From the NCBI GenBank assembly GCA_963752565.1, contig CAVVZC010000001.1, positions 44,099-108,098 on the forward strand: a stretch of DNA of 64,000 nt. The letters run 5' to 3'. Below, one piece after another: positions 18,747 to 28,754 of this stretch; the first letter of the stretch is position 1; each line of letters starts with the position of its first letter. A program made the translations under genes and the position numbers. The notes beneath the pieces were generated by a model that had not been told where the DNA came from, did no database searches, and saw only the letters and a program-made list of their open reading frames with translations. Origin of the DNA: an uncultured delta proteobacterium (GTDB lineage: Bacteria; Desulfobacterota; Desulfobacteria; Desulfobacterales; UBA11574).

Positions 18747-19824
18747 TTATTCGGCGTTTAGTAATGTCAGTGCTCCAAAACTGAAAAAAGCCAGGTTTGC
18801 GGTCCACGCAGCAATGCCGGGGGGCAGCATCTCACCATATCCGAGCGACAAGCAAAAACTGTAAAAAATCCAGTAAATAAAGGCCGTTCCGATGCCGTAG
18901 GCGATAACAACAGGCATACCTTCCTTCACGGTTCCTCTGGCCGCAAGACCTGTCCCTACCATACACATTATGACACAGATAAAAGGAAAGGCTATCTTGG
19001 CATAAAGATCCACCTTATATATTGTGGCATCATATCCTTCCGCCTCAACCTTTTTTATATACGCAAAAAGCTCTCTAAACGTCATCTCTTCCGATTTTTT
19101 AGTAACCTTATTTAAATTTTCGGGCAATAAATTTAACCTTTCAGCCTTATTGTTATGGAACGTTATATTGTATTTTTCTTTTTTTGTGTCAAGAATCTGT
19201 TCCATCAATTCATATAACAGCCATTCCCCCTTATTGAAGACACCTTTCTTGGCATCGATTCTCCGAATCAGTCTGAAATTTTCATCAAATTTATAAATTG
19301 TAATTCCATTGATGGTATTGTTTTTTGGATTAAAGTATTTTACGTGTGTTATACTTCGATTGCCTTTAATCCAAATATTTTTTTCCTTAGTAATAATTGT
19401 TGACTCTCTACGAACTTCTTTAAGCCAAATCTGGTTCGACTTTGCCATTGTTATGGGAACGATGACATCAGATAAGATAAAAAGCAGGACGCCCAAAATA
19501 CATCCCATGATGAAAACCGGCTTTAAAAGATAATAGATGCGTATACCACCACTTTTCAAAGCCACAATCTCGTTGCCGCGAGCCATGAGACTAAAGACGA
19601 TGAGAACAGACATCAGAATACAAATGGGAATTATTTGGGCAACGATAAACGGTATTCTAAGTGCGAAATAAATATATCATCTTTGAAAACGGTATGCCGG
19701 CTTCAATAAAATCATCTACCCTTTCAAAAAAATCCACAGCAAGATATATACCGACGACAAATGCCAGAACAATGCCAAAATATTTTGATATCTGAAGAGT
19801 TATATATTTGTATATAATAGACAT
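18747..19824 (-). CDS. lptG: LPS export ABC permease LptG, interrupted by a 1-nt frameshift near 19663-19672
   Basis: ATG at 19824 gives MSIIYKYITLQISKYFGIVLAFVVGIYLAVDFFERVDDFIEAGIPFSKMIYLFRT then a stop at 19657-19659. The +1 frame continues FALRIPFIVAQIIPICILMSVLIVFSLMARG..., which is the track ORF 18747..19613. The shift lies in a T/A run. Confidence 0.75.
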
Positions 19825-19855
19825 ATTTTTATGATGCTTTGATAAAATCGTAAAA

Positions 19856-19937
19856 CTGAATCTTGCATGAAAATTGTGAGAATCTTTATAATCCTTGAAT
19901 TGAAGCGGGTTTAAACAACATTAAATTCATTGTTTTT
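19856..19937. repeat. Copy 1 of an ~80-nt intergenic repeat (33-nt core ctgaatcttgcatgaaaattgtgagaatcttta)
   Basis: Near-identical core at 53069-53101. The core holds a direct repeat gaatctt-N16/17-gaatctt. It lies 31 nt upstream of the lptG ATG on the minus strand. Confidence 0.7.
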
Positions 19938-21114
19938 ATGTTTTTATAGATGACGGTTTAAATTTCTTTTTGAAAAAGTTGAAAAACGACTTGATTTTTA
20001 CAGAACGGTCATTTGCGGTCCTGATAAGAAGAAACAGACCCAGGCCACCCAAGGCGATATTTGGGACCCACATTCCGACCATTGGTGGATAAACACCGGC
20101 TTCTCCAAAAACAGACCCAGCGGACAACATGATGTAATAGATTAAAAAGAATACCATTCCCAGCCCCAAACCTGTGGACCGTTTTGCAGATTCCGACTGA
20201 ATCCCCAGCGGAACAGCCAAAATTCCAAGAGCAACGCATGAAAAAGGAATCGAAAATTTTTTATGTAATTCAATCAATGCCGTATAATATTGCTCGTTTT
20301 TTTTGGGGAAGGTCTTCAAATACTGCCTCAAATCCCCAAAACTCATCTCATCTTCGTCTTTGGAGCCACCCTTTGAAGCCGTAAACGCCTTTTTTAAATC
20401 AAGATTGACATCATAGCTGTCAAAGTTGATTGAGTGGGCGGATTTCTTTTCAAGATTGACCTGATTGATGGTGCCTTGATACAGTTTTAGGTGAATTACA
20501 AGCTTATCAGGTTCGGCAAACATTCTCCCTTTTGGCGCCATTACGGTGCTTACAATATTTTGCGACCGTTTATCCTCAATAAAAACATCCTTGAGAATTT
20601 TTTTCTTTAGATCTATTTTGTTGATATAAAGCATGACATCCTTGAAGCTGTCATTGAAAATCCTTTCTTTAAGGCCGGCATCGACATGAGATGCAGCGAC
20701 TTTAAATGTCAGCTCTTTCATGGAAACCATCCCCCACGGCATTCCATAAACAGTTATAAGACATGATAAGACCACCCCCATTACACAAAAAACAAGCACA
20801 GGGGGCATTAGGCCGTAAATACTTACACCGCCCGCTTTAAGGGCAACAAGTTCTTTATCGTTTGACAATCGAATAAACGTCAGTAAAACAGCCATCATCA
20901 CAGACATGGGTATCACAAAAGATAGAAAACGGGGAATGGAATAGAGAAGGATTAAAAGAACGGAAATCATACTGATTTTGTAATTTACAATCAGATTTGT
21001 GATATCGAGTATCTTTGTCATCAGAAATACAAAGGTAAAGAACACCAAGTTGATGACAAAAGGCAACATCATCTCTTTGAGCAGATATCTATTTATAATG
21101 GAATTAATTTTCAT
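19936..21114 (-). CDS. lptF: LPS export ABC permease LptF
   Basis: MKINSIINRYLLKEMMLPFVINLVFFTFVFL... is a typical LptF/G start. The track start at 21237 adds 41 non-conserved residues. Confidence 0.8.
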   Translation of the reverse strand: MKINSIINRYLLKEMMLPFVINLVFFTFVFLMTKILDITNLIVNYKISMISVLLILLYSIPRFLSFVIPMSVMMAVLLTFIRLSNDKELVALKAGGVSIYGLMPPVLVFCVMGVVLSCLITVYGMPWGMVSMKELTFKVAASHVDAGLKERIFNDSFKDVMLYINKIDLKKKILKDVFIEDKRSQNIVSTVMAPKGRMFAEPDKLVIHLKLYQGTINQVNLEKKSAHSINFDSYDVNLDLKKAFTASKGGSKDEDEMSFGDLRQYLKTFPKKNEQYYTALIELHKKFSIPFSCVALGILAVPLGIQSESAKRSTGLGLGMVFFLIYYIMLSAGSVFGEAGVYPPMVGMWVPNIALGGLGLFLLIRTANDRSVKIKSFFNFFKKKFKPSSIKT

Positions 21115-21352
21115 CTTAGGCGGGATGGCTGTTACCCATTGAAAATTTTCGATTGAAGCCTGCCCTGGTGCGACTCGATTGGCAATCATTGCCGATGCTG
21201 TAATCAATCGCGGGATGCGGCATAAACATCCAGCCATATTGAATCGGGTCTGGGCATTTATAATTGCTCTTTGTATCCTAAGAACGACGCAAGTGCGAGT
21301 TGCTCATAGATTATTGATTCTGTTTGAACACGTCGGCTTAAAATTCTCTGTC

Positions 21353-23092
21353 CTATTCATTGCTGTATTGCATCTGATAGAGTTTGAAAAATTCTCCTCG
21401 CATAGAAATCAGTTCCTCTTGTTTCCCCTCTTCTTCGACCCGACCATCAATAATGACAACGATCCTGTCGGCATAATCAATGGTTGATAGTCTATGCGCA
21501 ATGACAAAGGTTGTTCGCCCTTTCATCAAATTCTCTAAAGCCTTTTGAACAAGCATCTCCGCCTCTGCATCCAGAGAAGATGTTGCTTCGTCAAGAATCA
21601 ATATTGGCGCATCTTTAAGCAGGGCACGCGCAACACATATCCTCTGTTTTTCTCCACCGGAAAGACGTCCTCCAAGTTCACCGATATTTGTGTCAAACTT
21701 GTTCGGAAAATTTTGTATAAAATCATAAGCATAGGCTGCTTCTGCAGCCATGATGATTTCTTTTTCCGTTGCATTCCGCTTACCATAGGCGATATTGTTC
21801 CTTATACTGTCATTAAAAAGGATAGGTTCTTGAGTAACGATACCCATCTGATCACGAAGTGAAGATATCGAAACATCGCGAATATCCGTCCCATCTATCC
21901 TGATAGCCCCCCGGGTAACATCATAAAACCTTGGTATCAGATTTACCAGTGATGTTTTCCCGCCGCCGCTCATTCCGACCAGTGCCAGAACGTCACCAGC
22001 CTCGACATTCAGATTGATGTCTTTAAGAACCATAACATCATCATATTTAAAAAAAACGTTTTCAAATGTTACACGCTGTGGCCCTCGTTTAATCGTTACA
22101 GGATCCTTTCTCTCTTTAATGTCTGATTCCATCTCTATAATGTCAAAAATTCTATCGGCAGCGGCAAGTCCTTGCTGAACCGCATTATTGAGCCCGCTCA
22201 GTTTTTTTACAGGATCATACAGCATCAGCACTGCAGCCATAAAAGAAAAAAATGTTCCGGCTGTGGAACTGCCCGTAATTACCTTATAGCCTCCGTACCA
22301 TATAATAAAAGCGATTCCCAGTCCACCGAGAAACTCCATGATCGGAGACGATAAAGACCTTGCAATCACGGCTTTCATCTCAAGTTTGAACAAGTCGAGG
22401 GTTTTATCAAAAAAACGCTTTTTTTCATATGATTCCATTCCGAATGCCTTAACAATTTTGTTGCCGGCTAATGTTTCATGTAAAAAAGAATTCAGATCTG
22501 CCATGGCCTCCTGGCATCCGGTACTGATCCGGCGCACTCTTCTGCCAAATTCAACAACGGGAAAAAAGGCAACCGGCAAAACAACAAATGCAAACAAGGC
22601 CATTTTCCAGTCACGGTAAAAAATAACAAATGTCAAACCCACTATGGTAAAGCTGTCTTTTAATGATCCTGTGACCGCTGTTGAAACCATGGCTTTGATG
22701 ATATTGACGTCGTTTGTAATTCGCGACATAAGAACACCGGTCTTTTCTTTCTGGAAAAAAGCGATGGGAAGGTCTTGTATGCGGTTATAAAGATCGTTTC
22801 TTAAGTCCTTGATGACATTCTCGCCCACATAATTCATTAAATAGTCTTGACCATACATTCCCAGACCACGTAGGAAGTAAATTAGGACAACGACCAAGGG
22901 AATGATTTTGAGCATTGTGGTGTCTTTATTAAAAAATATGTCGTCCAGCACAGGCTTTACTAAAAAGGCTGTTGCAGAGCTTGCCACAGCAATAACCAAC
23001 ATACACACCATTGCCAGAAAAAGTCTGAATTTGTTTTCCTTGATAAGCGCCAGTAAGTGTTTGTGCCTGTTTTTTAATTTTAGTTTAAACAT
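21353..23092 (-). CDS. msbA: Lipid A export ATP-binding/permease protein
   Basis: 579 aa with a six-TM ABC exporter domain, GMSGGGKTS (Walker A), LSGGEKQRI and ILILDEATS. Confidence 0.85.
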   Translation of the reverse strand: MFKLKLKNRHKHLLALIKENKFRLFLAMVCMLVIAVASSATAFLVKPVLDDIFFNKDTTMLKIIPLVVVLIYFLRGLGMYGQDYLMNYVGENVIKDLRNDLYNRIQDLPIAFFQKEKTGVLMSRITNDVNIIKAMVSTAVTGSLKDSFTIVGLTFVIFYRDWKMALFAFVVLPVAFFPVVEFGRRVRRISTGCQEAMADLNSFLHETLAGNKIVKAFGMESYEKKRFFDKTLDLFKLEMKAVIARSLSSPIMEFLGGLGIAFIIWYGGYKVITGSSTAGTFFSFMAAVLMLYDPVKKLSGLNNAVQQGLAAADRIFDIIEMESDIKERKDPVTIKRGPQRVTFENVFFKYDDVMVLKDINLNVEAGDVLALVGMSGGGKTSLVNLIPRFYDVTRGAIRIDGTDIRDVSISSLRDQMGIVTQEPILFNDSIRNNIAYGKRNATEKEIIMAAEAAYAYDFIQNFPNKFDTNIGELGGRLSGGEKQRICVARALLKDAPILILDEATSSLDAEAEMLVQKALENLMKGRTTFVIAHRLSTIDYADRIVVIIDGRVEEEGKQEELISMRGEFFKLYQMQYSNE

Positions 23093-23184
23093 ATTTGTAA
23101 AAATCCTGGCCCATCTTAGATCCCGTCACGCGGGGGAGGCATAAGCTTTGGTTATCCACAGAGGGAATTTGCTTTGTTGAATAT

Positions 23185-23420
23185 TCATTTTAGAAAATAG
23201 GAATTAGAAATTAGAAAATGAATCGCCGCAAATGGACGCAAATGAAGTTAGAAGATGAGAAGGTTAGAAAGTGAGAAGTTTGGAAATCAAGAAAATGTGC
23301 CGACCTTCTGATCTTCTCGCCTTCTTACTCTCTTATTTTTCAAAATATTCGTGTTCATCCGTGTTCATCCGTGGTTTTCTTTATCCCCTTTTCTCTTTCC
23401 TGTTTCCTATTTCCTGTATT
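23185..23420. repeat. Large degenerate palindrome (purine-rich left half, pyrimidine-rich right half) filling the msbA-lpxB spacer
   Basis: Mirrored pairs: gaaaataggaa and ttcctatttcc; gccgcaaatggacgcaaatgaa and ttcatccgtgttcatccgtg; gagaaggttagaaagtgagaag and cttctcgccttcttactctc. The centre is near 23300. Confidence 0.65.
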
Positions 23421-23422
23421 GT

Positions 23423-24568
23423 TCATCTTTCGAGCATACGAAAGGCAATATCCGCCACGCGTTCCGATGCACCCGGACCACCCAGTTTATCCCCAATGGT
23501 CAGTAGTTCAAGACTTAATTGTTTGAGACCGGATGGATCGCTTAGCATTTTGAATACCGTATCCGCAATCCTGGTGGAAGATGCTTCTTCCTGGATCAAC
23601 TCCGGAACAATCTCCTTGCCCGCAATGAGGTTAACCAGGCCAATATTTTTAACTCGTATCATTGCCTTTGCCAACCAGAAACTCACCGGAGATACTTTAT
23701 AAATAATAACCATCGGCGTCCCTGAAATTGCCGACTCCAAAGTCACGGTTCCGGATGCAGCCATGACGACTTTGCTTCGCTCAAAGATTTCTCTCACATT
23801 ACCGGCAGCAATCTCAAAATCAGCCTCTCCTTTATGTTTTTTAACAATCTCTCTTACGTGCTTTTCTCCCACATCGGGTGAAAGTGAAATAATGAACTTT
23901 ATGGTTTCGATCTTTGTTAACAGAATTCGCGCTGCATCAATCATTACCGGGAGGTGCCTTTCAATCTCCCCATGGCGGGACCCCGGAAGTAGACCGATGG
24001 CAGGAATATCATCCACCCATTTATTCTCGATCCTTTCTTTGGTCGGAAGACTGTTTTCCAGCAATGGATGCCCCACAAAGGTCACCGGAATTTTTTGTTT
24101 TCTGTAGAAATCTTCTTCAAAGGGTAAAATAACGGCCATGTGGTCCACCAGTTTATCAATCTTTTTTACACGTCCAGGTCTCCACGCCCAAATCTGTGGA
24201 CTGATATAATATAAAACAGGTATCCCCATTTTTTTGGCCGTTCCCGCCACATGAAGGTTGAAATCCGGAAAATCAATCAGTATCAAAAGATCCGGACGCA
24301 CGGTCTTGAAGGTCTTTTTAACCATTCGAAGACTTCTTAGTATGTTTGGGATCTTTGAAAATACCTCGGTTATCCCCACAACGGATATTTCACGAGCATC
24401 AATCAAGATGTCAACCCCGGTTTCTTTAAGCGCTTGTCCACCGATACCATTGAAAAAGAGCCCTTTGTTCCTTTTTTGCATGGCCTTGACAAGTTTTGCA
24501 CCGTGCAGATCACCGGAAGTTTCACCGGCAATAATCATGATACGCTTCTTGTTTGAAAAACAACCCAT
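23423..24568 (-). CDS. lpxB: Lipid-A-disaccharide synthase
   Basis: IMIIAGETSGDLHGAKL, YYISPQIWAWR and ASGTVTLE. Confidence 0.9.
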   Translation of the reverse strand: MGCFSNKKRIMIIAGETSGDLHGAKLVKAMQKRNKGLFFNGIGGQALKETGVDILIDAREISVVGITEVFSKIPNILRSLRMVKKTFKTVRPDLLILIDFPDFNLHVAGTAKKMGIPVLYYISPQIWAWRPGRVKKIDKLVDHMAVILPFEEDFYRKQKIPVTFVGHPLLENSLPTKERIENKWVDDIPAIGLLPGSRHGEIERHLPVMIDAARILLTKIETIKFIISLSPDVGEKHVREIVKKHKGEADFEIAAGNVREIFERSKVVMAASGTVTLESAISGTPMVIIYKVSPVSFWLAKAMIRVKNIGLVNLIAGKEIVPELIQEEASSTRIADTVFKMLSDPSGLKQLSLELLTIGDKLGGPGASERVADIAFRMLER

Positions 24569-24578
24569 GGTATATCTA

Positions 24579-25532
24579 TCACAAAAATTTGCGAACGCCC
24601 TCTTTAATTTGGCCCATAATATTCAACGCAATTTCCAGGGCATCACGTCCCATTTTAGCCGTAACTACCGGGGCTTCACGATGGATGACTGCATTTACAA
24701 ATGATTTTAATTCATTTTCCAGGGCATCGCCCGTTTCAAAGCTAACTTGTTTAATGTCCATACCGGGGATCATACCACAATCGACACTGCCGTCTTGCTG
24801 AATAGCGGTAATTTCTTTTTTTGAAAAATCAACAGAAACATAAGCATCTCTTTGAAACAGTCTTATTTTTCTTTCGTTTTTGATTGATATTCGACTGGCT
24901 GTCACATTGGCAACACATCCACTTTCAAATTCAAGACGCGCATTTGCAATATCAACATGTTCAGAGACAACCGGTACTCCTGACGCATAAACAGCACTTA
25001 TTTCCGACCTGACAAAGTTCAAAATAAGATCAATATCATGGATCATCAAATCCAGAACAACACTGACATCCGTACAACGCCCCTGAAAAATACTCAATCT
25101 GTGAGACTCGATAAACATCGGTTTCTTAACAATATCTTTCAGCGCCACAATTGCCGGATTAAACCGCTCAAGATGTCCCACCTGGATAACAAGATCCCTT
25201 GATTCTGCCAAATGAATCAGTTCATCCGCCTCTTCGGTGGTTTCTGTAATCGGCTTTTCAATCAGAATGTCGATATTTTTTTTCAAAAAATTCTTGGCAA
25301 TGACAAAATGAACCGGTGTGGGAACAGCGATACTGACGGCATCGACGTTTCCAAATAGCGCTTTATGGTCTATATATGCTTTTGTATTTACCTTTTCAGC
25401 GACAGTTTCAGCACGATTTTTATCAATATCTACAACGCCCACCAGGTCAACATCATTCATCCGAGCATATTTTTCAGCATGAAATTGCCCGAGATATCCG
25501 ACACCAATCACACCAACTCGTAGTTTTTTCAT
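24579..25532 (-). CDS. Gfo/Idh/MocA-family NAD-dependent oxidoreductase (GnnA-like position inside the lpx operon)
   Basis: MKKLRVGVIGVGYLGQFHAEKY and LIEKPIT. The start is moved to ATG 25532, since the track start adds 12 residues overlapping lpxI. Confidence 0.7.
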   Translation of the reverse strand: MKKLRVGVIGVGYLGQFHAEKYARMNDVDLVGVVDIDKNRAETVAEKVNTKAYIDHKALFGNVDAVSIAVPTPVHFVIAKNFLKKNIDILIEKPITETTEEADELIHLAESRDLVIQVGHLERFNPAIVALKDIVKKPMFIESHRLSIFQGRCTDVSVVLDLMIHDIDLILNFVRSEISAVYASGVPVVSEHVDIANARLEFESGCVANVTASRISIKNERKIRLFQRDAYVSVDFSKKEITAIQQDGSVDCGMIPGMDIKQVSFETGDALENELKSFVNAVIHREAPVVTAKMGRDALEIALNIMGQIKEGVRKFL

Positions 25533-25536
25533 ATCT

Positions 25537-26340
25537 TTACTTTTCCAACGCAACAATGGTAATACCAACTTCGTCCGCCAAGTCGATCATCTCCTTTTTG
25601 TCAAAAACAACCGCCTTGCCGGCTTCAATGCCCAAAACCTTCGCCCCTGCCTCAACCATCGTCCTTATTGTCTGAGCACCCACAGCAGGAATATCGAACC
25701 TTGTGTCCTGGTGAGGTTTGCATACTTTTACGACGACTGCAGAACCTTTGCCGAGTCGCCCTCCCCGTTTTATGGTCGCGTCTGTTCCATCTATGGCTTC
25801 TACGGCCAACACCGATCCCCCTCCGATCACAACGCACTGTCCAATATCGAGACGCCCGATCTCCTTTGCCAATTTCCAGCCGAGTTCGACATCATTTTTA
25901 TCCGACCGGGACGGTTTCCGTTTTGTCCAACAACCTGATTGTGCCAGAAGTTCCGGCATTAAAAATGTTGAGGGTTTTATTTGAATACCCTCTTTTTCAA
26001 GAACCCTTACAAATCCCCTCAATATCCCATCGTCATGGGTATGTCTCATGCCTGCAATAAGCGAAATGGCTTTTGTGTCAGGTCTTACATCAGAAAACAT
26101 CTTTGTCTTTTTAATTCCGCCCACCAGAACGGCCTGATTGATATCACTTTTTTTAAAAAACTTAATAATACGCTTGATCTGTCCAATATGAATCCATTCA
26201 ACCGTGTCAACATGATCGTTCAAACCTGAATCCGTCTCATTTTTGTGAGCAACGGCAAAAACACGATACCCTTTAGCCTTTGCAGCTTTTGAAAAAAGGA
26301 TGGGGAACTGGCCGTTCCCTGCTATGAGTCCTATGCGCAT
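25537..26340 (-). CDS. lpxI: UDP-2,3-diacylglucosamine diphosphatase LpxI (DUF1009)
   Basis: MRIGLIAGNGQFPILFSKAAKAKG and DIGQCVVIGGGSVLAVEAIDGTD, positioned between lpxA and lpxB. Confidence 0.8.
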   Translation of the reverse strand: MRIGLIAGNGQFPILFSKAAKAKGYRVFAVAHKNETDSGLNDHVDTVEWIHIGQIKRIIKFFKKSDINQAVLVGGIKKTKMFSDVRPDTKAISLIAGMRHTHDDGILRGFVRVLEKEGIQIKPSTFLMPELLAQSGCWTKRKPSRSDKNDVELGWKLAKEIGRLDIGQCVVIGGGSVLAVEAIDGTDATIKRGGRLGKGSAVVVKVCKPHQDTRFDIPAVGAQTIRTMVEAGAKVLGIEAGKAVVFDKKEMIDLADEVGITIVALEK

Positions 26341-26453
26341 GACGATAAATTAACGACTATAAATTAAAATAATTTTTTAATATACCTGCTAATGAAACGT
26401 TATTGGAGTGTAAGGATAATGGACAGGGTGTATTGGATAAGTAAATGAACTGA

Positions 26454-27224
26454 TTACCTTGTAATTCCCCTCTCTGAAGATTTAATAAAACGGATCAAGC
26501 CATTGACTTCGGGGACCTGTTCCACTTCTGCCTTGACTCTTTCTATGGCCTCATTCAGTGTCAACCCGATCCTGAAGATAATCCTGTAGGCCTTTTTCAA
26601 TGAAGACAATGTCTCTTGTGAAAACCCATGGCGTTTTAGCCCCACACTGTTTAACCCGTGCAATTTTGCCCTGTCCCCGGCTGCGATAACATAAGGGGGG
26701 ATGTCTTTCACCACTGCCGATTTTCCACCAATATAAGCATAGTTTCCGATCCTAACAAATTGATGAATCGCCACCAGCCCCCCCACAGTCACAAAATCTT
26801 CAATGACGATATGACCCGCTAATGTTGCATTGTTTGCTAAAATAACTTTTCGCCCGGTTTTGCAGTCATGGGCGATATGAACATAAGCCATTAGAAGGTT
26901 CTCTTCACCAACCTCCGTAATTTCGCCGCCAAATCCTGTTCCTCTATTTACGGTAACAAACTCGCGGATAACCGTTCCGCGCCCGATTTTAACATAGGTT
27001 TTTTCGCCCTGAAATTTTAATGCCTGAGGAATTGCACCGATGGAAGCATATTGAAATATATGGCAGTCCGGGCCGATTTCAACATACGGTTGAATGACGA
27101 CATGGGGACCGATAACCGTTCCGGGTCCGATTTGAACATTCGCTTCAATAATCGAATGGGGACCAACCTCGACATTTGAATCTATCTCTGCTTTAGAATC
27201 TATAATTGCTGTTGGATGTATCAT
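26454..27224 (-). CDS. lpxA: Acyl-ACP--UDP-GlcNAc O-acyltransferase
   Basis: MIHPTAIIDSKAEI followed by hexapeptide repeats. ATG at 27224 has GAGGG upstream. The track start at 27236 is a TTG. Confidence 0.9.
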   Translation of the reverse strand: MIHPTAIIDSKAEIDSNVEVGPHSIIEANVQIGPGTVIGPHVVIQPYVEIGPDCHIFQYASIGAIPQALKFQGEKTYVKIGRGTVIREFVTVNRGTGFGGEITEVGEENLLMAYVHIAHDCKTGRKVILANNATLAGHIVIEDFVTVGGLVAIHQFVRIGNYAYIGGKSAVVKDIPPYVIAAGDRAKLHGLNSVGLKRHGFSQETLSSLKKAYRIIFRIGLTLNEAIERVKAEVEQVPEVNGLIRFIKSSERGITR

Positions 27225-27232
27225 TTTCCCTC

Positions 27233-27667
27233 TCAAAAGGTGGCCATCAGTTCGGCTTGAGCCACAACTTTTTCATCAACATAGGCGGTTCCAGACATCT
27301 TGAATACCTTGCGTCGTTGTTTAAGAAATTTCATCTCAAATATCAACTGATCACCTGGTGTAACAGGCTTACGAAATTTAACCTTGTCTATACCCATAAA
27401 ATAAATCGATAAGTCATGAGGTTCCCGGTCCAGGGATTTAGCGGCCAGGAAAGCTCCGGCCTGACCCATGGCCTCAATAATCAGAACACCGGGCATTATC
27501 GGATTCCCCGGAAAATGACCCTGGAAAAAAGGTTCATTGATGGTCACATTCTTAAGGGCGACAACTTTCTCACCAGGCGTCAGTTCCAGAATGCGATCAA
27601 TCATAATAAATGGGTACCGGTGAGGCAGCAATTTCATGATTTCTTGAATATCAAAAGCATTATCCAT
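27233..27667 (-). CDS. fabZ: 3-hydroxyacyl-ACP dehydratase
   Basis: [40 protein letters not shown] at 27667 is preceded by GGAGG. Confidence 0.9.
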   Translation of the reverse strand: MDNAFDIQEIMKLLPHRYPFIMIDRILELTPGEKVVALKNVTINEPFFQGHFPGNPIMPGVLIIEAMGQAGAFLAAKSLDREPHDLSIYFMGIDKVKFRKPVTPGDQLIFEMKFLKQRRKVFKMSGTAYVDEKVVAQAELMATF

Positions 27668-28712
27668 TTTTTCCTCCGTTACTTTCATCCTGTTGTTCCT
27701 CAAACTTCTTTAATCTCCGGTCAACCTCTGAAAGTTTCTTTGCAAGCTCTGGAAGCTTGGGAAGAATTCTCTGCACTCTTAGCCATAGTCGATGAGGCAT
27801 TGCAGAACTTCCTGACACCGTTTCCCCGTCAGGTACTGATTTGGCCACTCCTGCCTGTGGTCCGACAATTGCATTATTCCCAATGCTCAGATGGCCGGCA
27901 ATGCCTGCCTGTCCGGCCAGAATAGCATTTTTCCCGATTTTGACACTCCCTGAAATTCCAACCTGTCCAACGAGCAAACTGTTTTCACCCACAGTCACAT
28001 TATGCGCAATCTGGACCAGGTTGTCGGTCTTGACACCACTTTGAATCCAGGTTTTACCAAAAGTGGCTCTGTCGATGGTATTGCCTGCACCAATTTCAAC
28101 ATCGTTGTCGATCTGAACAATACCGGTATGAGGAATCTTGATATACTTCTTGCCTTCAGGAGCAAAACCAAAACCATCACTGCCTATAACCGACCCGGCA
28201 TGAATTGTCACCCGGTTTCCGATGATGCAACGCTCAAGAATCGTCACATTCGGAAAGACCTTGACATCGTCCCCAATGATAACGTTATCACCAATAACGA
28301 TATTTGGGTGAAGCACGACACGATGGCCAAGGGTAACATTGTCTCCGATTACACAGAAAGGTGCTATGGATACATCTTGTCCGCATAAAAAGGATTTGCC
28401 GATATATGCATCTTGGCTTATCCCGGGATCTGGTTTTAAAGCAGGATGAAAAAGGTTCAAAACCTTTATAAAAGCGATCTGGGGATTGTCTACATGCACA
28501 ATGTTCTTACTAGACGCTTGAAAATTTTGAGGAACAATAACTGCACCGGCATCGGTCTCGTCAATTTTTTTCAAGAATTTTGAATGACTTGCAAATGTGA
28601 TTTCATCGCCTTTTGCATCCTCAAAAGATGCGGCCCCACGAATTTTTTGATTTCCATCCCCGCTGATGTCACCTTTGACGATATCGGCGATACTGGCAAG
28701 TGTGATTTCCAT
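27660..28712 (-). CDS. lpxD: UDP-3-O-acylglucosamine N-acyltransferase
   Basis: 350 aa with left-handed beta-helix hexapeptide repeats, and gene order lpxD-fabZ-lpxA. Confidence 0.9.
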   Translation of the reverse strand: MEITLASIADIVKGDISGDGNQKIRGAASFEDAKGDEITFASHSKFLKKIDETDAGAVIVPQNFQASSKNIVHVDNPQIAFIKVLNLFHPALKPDPGISQDAYIGKSFLCGQDVSIAPFCVIGDNVTLGHRVVLHPNIVIGDNVIIGDDVKVFPNVTILERCIIGNRVTIHAGSVIGSDGFGFAPEGKKYIKIPHTGIVQIDNDVEIGAGNTIDRATFGKTWIQSGVKTDNLVQIAHNVTVGENSLLVGQVGISGSVKIGKNAILAGQAGIAGHLSIGNNAIVGPQAGVAKSVPDGETVSGSSAMPHRLWLRVQRILPKLPELAKKLSEVDRRLKKFEEQQDESNGGKNG

Positions 28713-28754
28713 TTTAATTTTTATTTAGCATCTTTTGTATTTTTTTTCTTGGTT

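Noticed and set aside
19650-19680. Programmed +1 ribosomal frameshift in lptG
   Set aside because: There is no known recoding signal or stimulatory structure. The shift sits in a T homopolymer, and another gene in the window (61082-62548) also carries indels, so sequencing error is the simpler explanation.
19856-19888. Sigma54 promoter in the 33-nt core (contains TTGCA)
   Set aside because: There is no GG -24 element at the required 11-nt distance upstream of TTGC on either strand.
25652-26229. Cluster of plus- and minus-strand ORFs (25668..26060, 25711..25938, 25718..25984, 25981..26229, 25652..25837) overlapping lpxI
   Set aside because: All overlap a well-supported lpxI frame. The translations are low-complexity (Pro/Arg/Ser-rich), so they are shadow ORFs.
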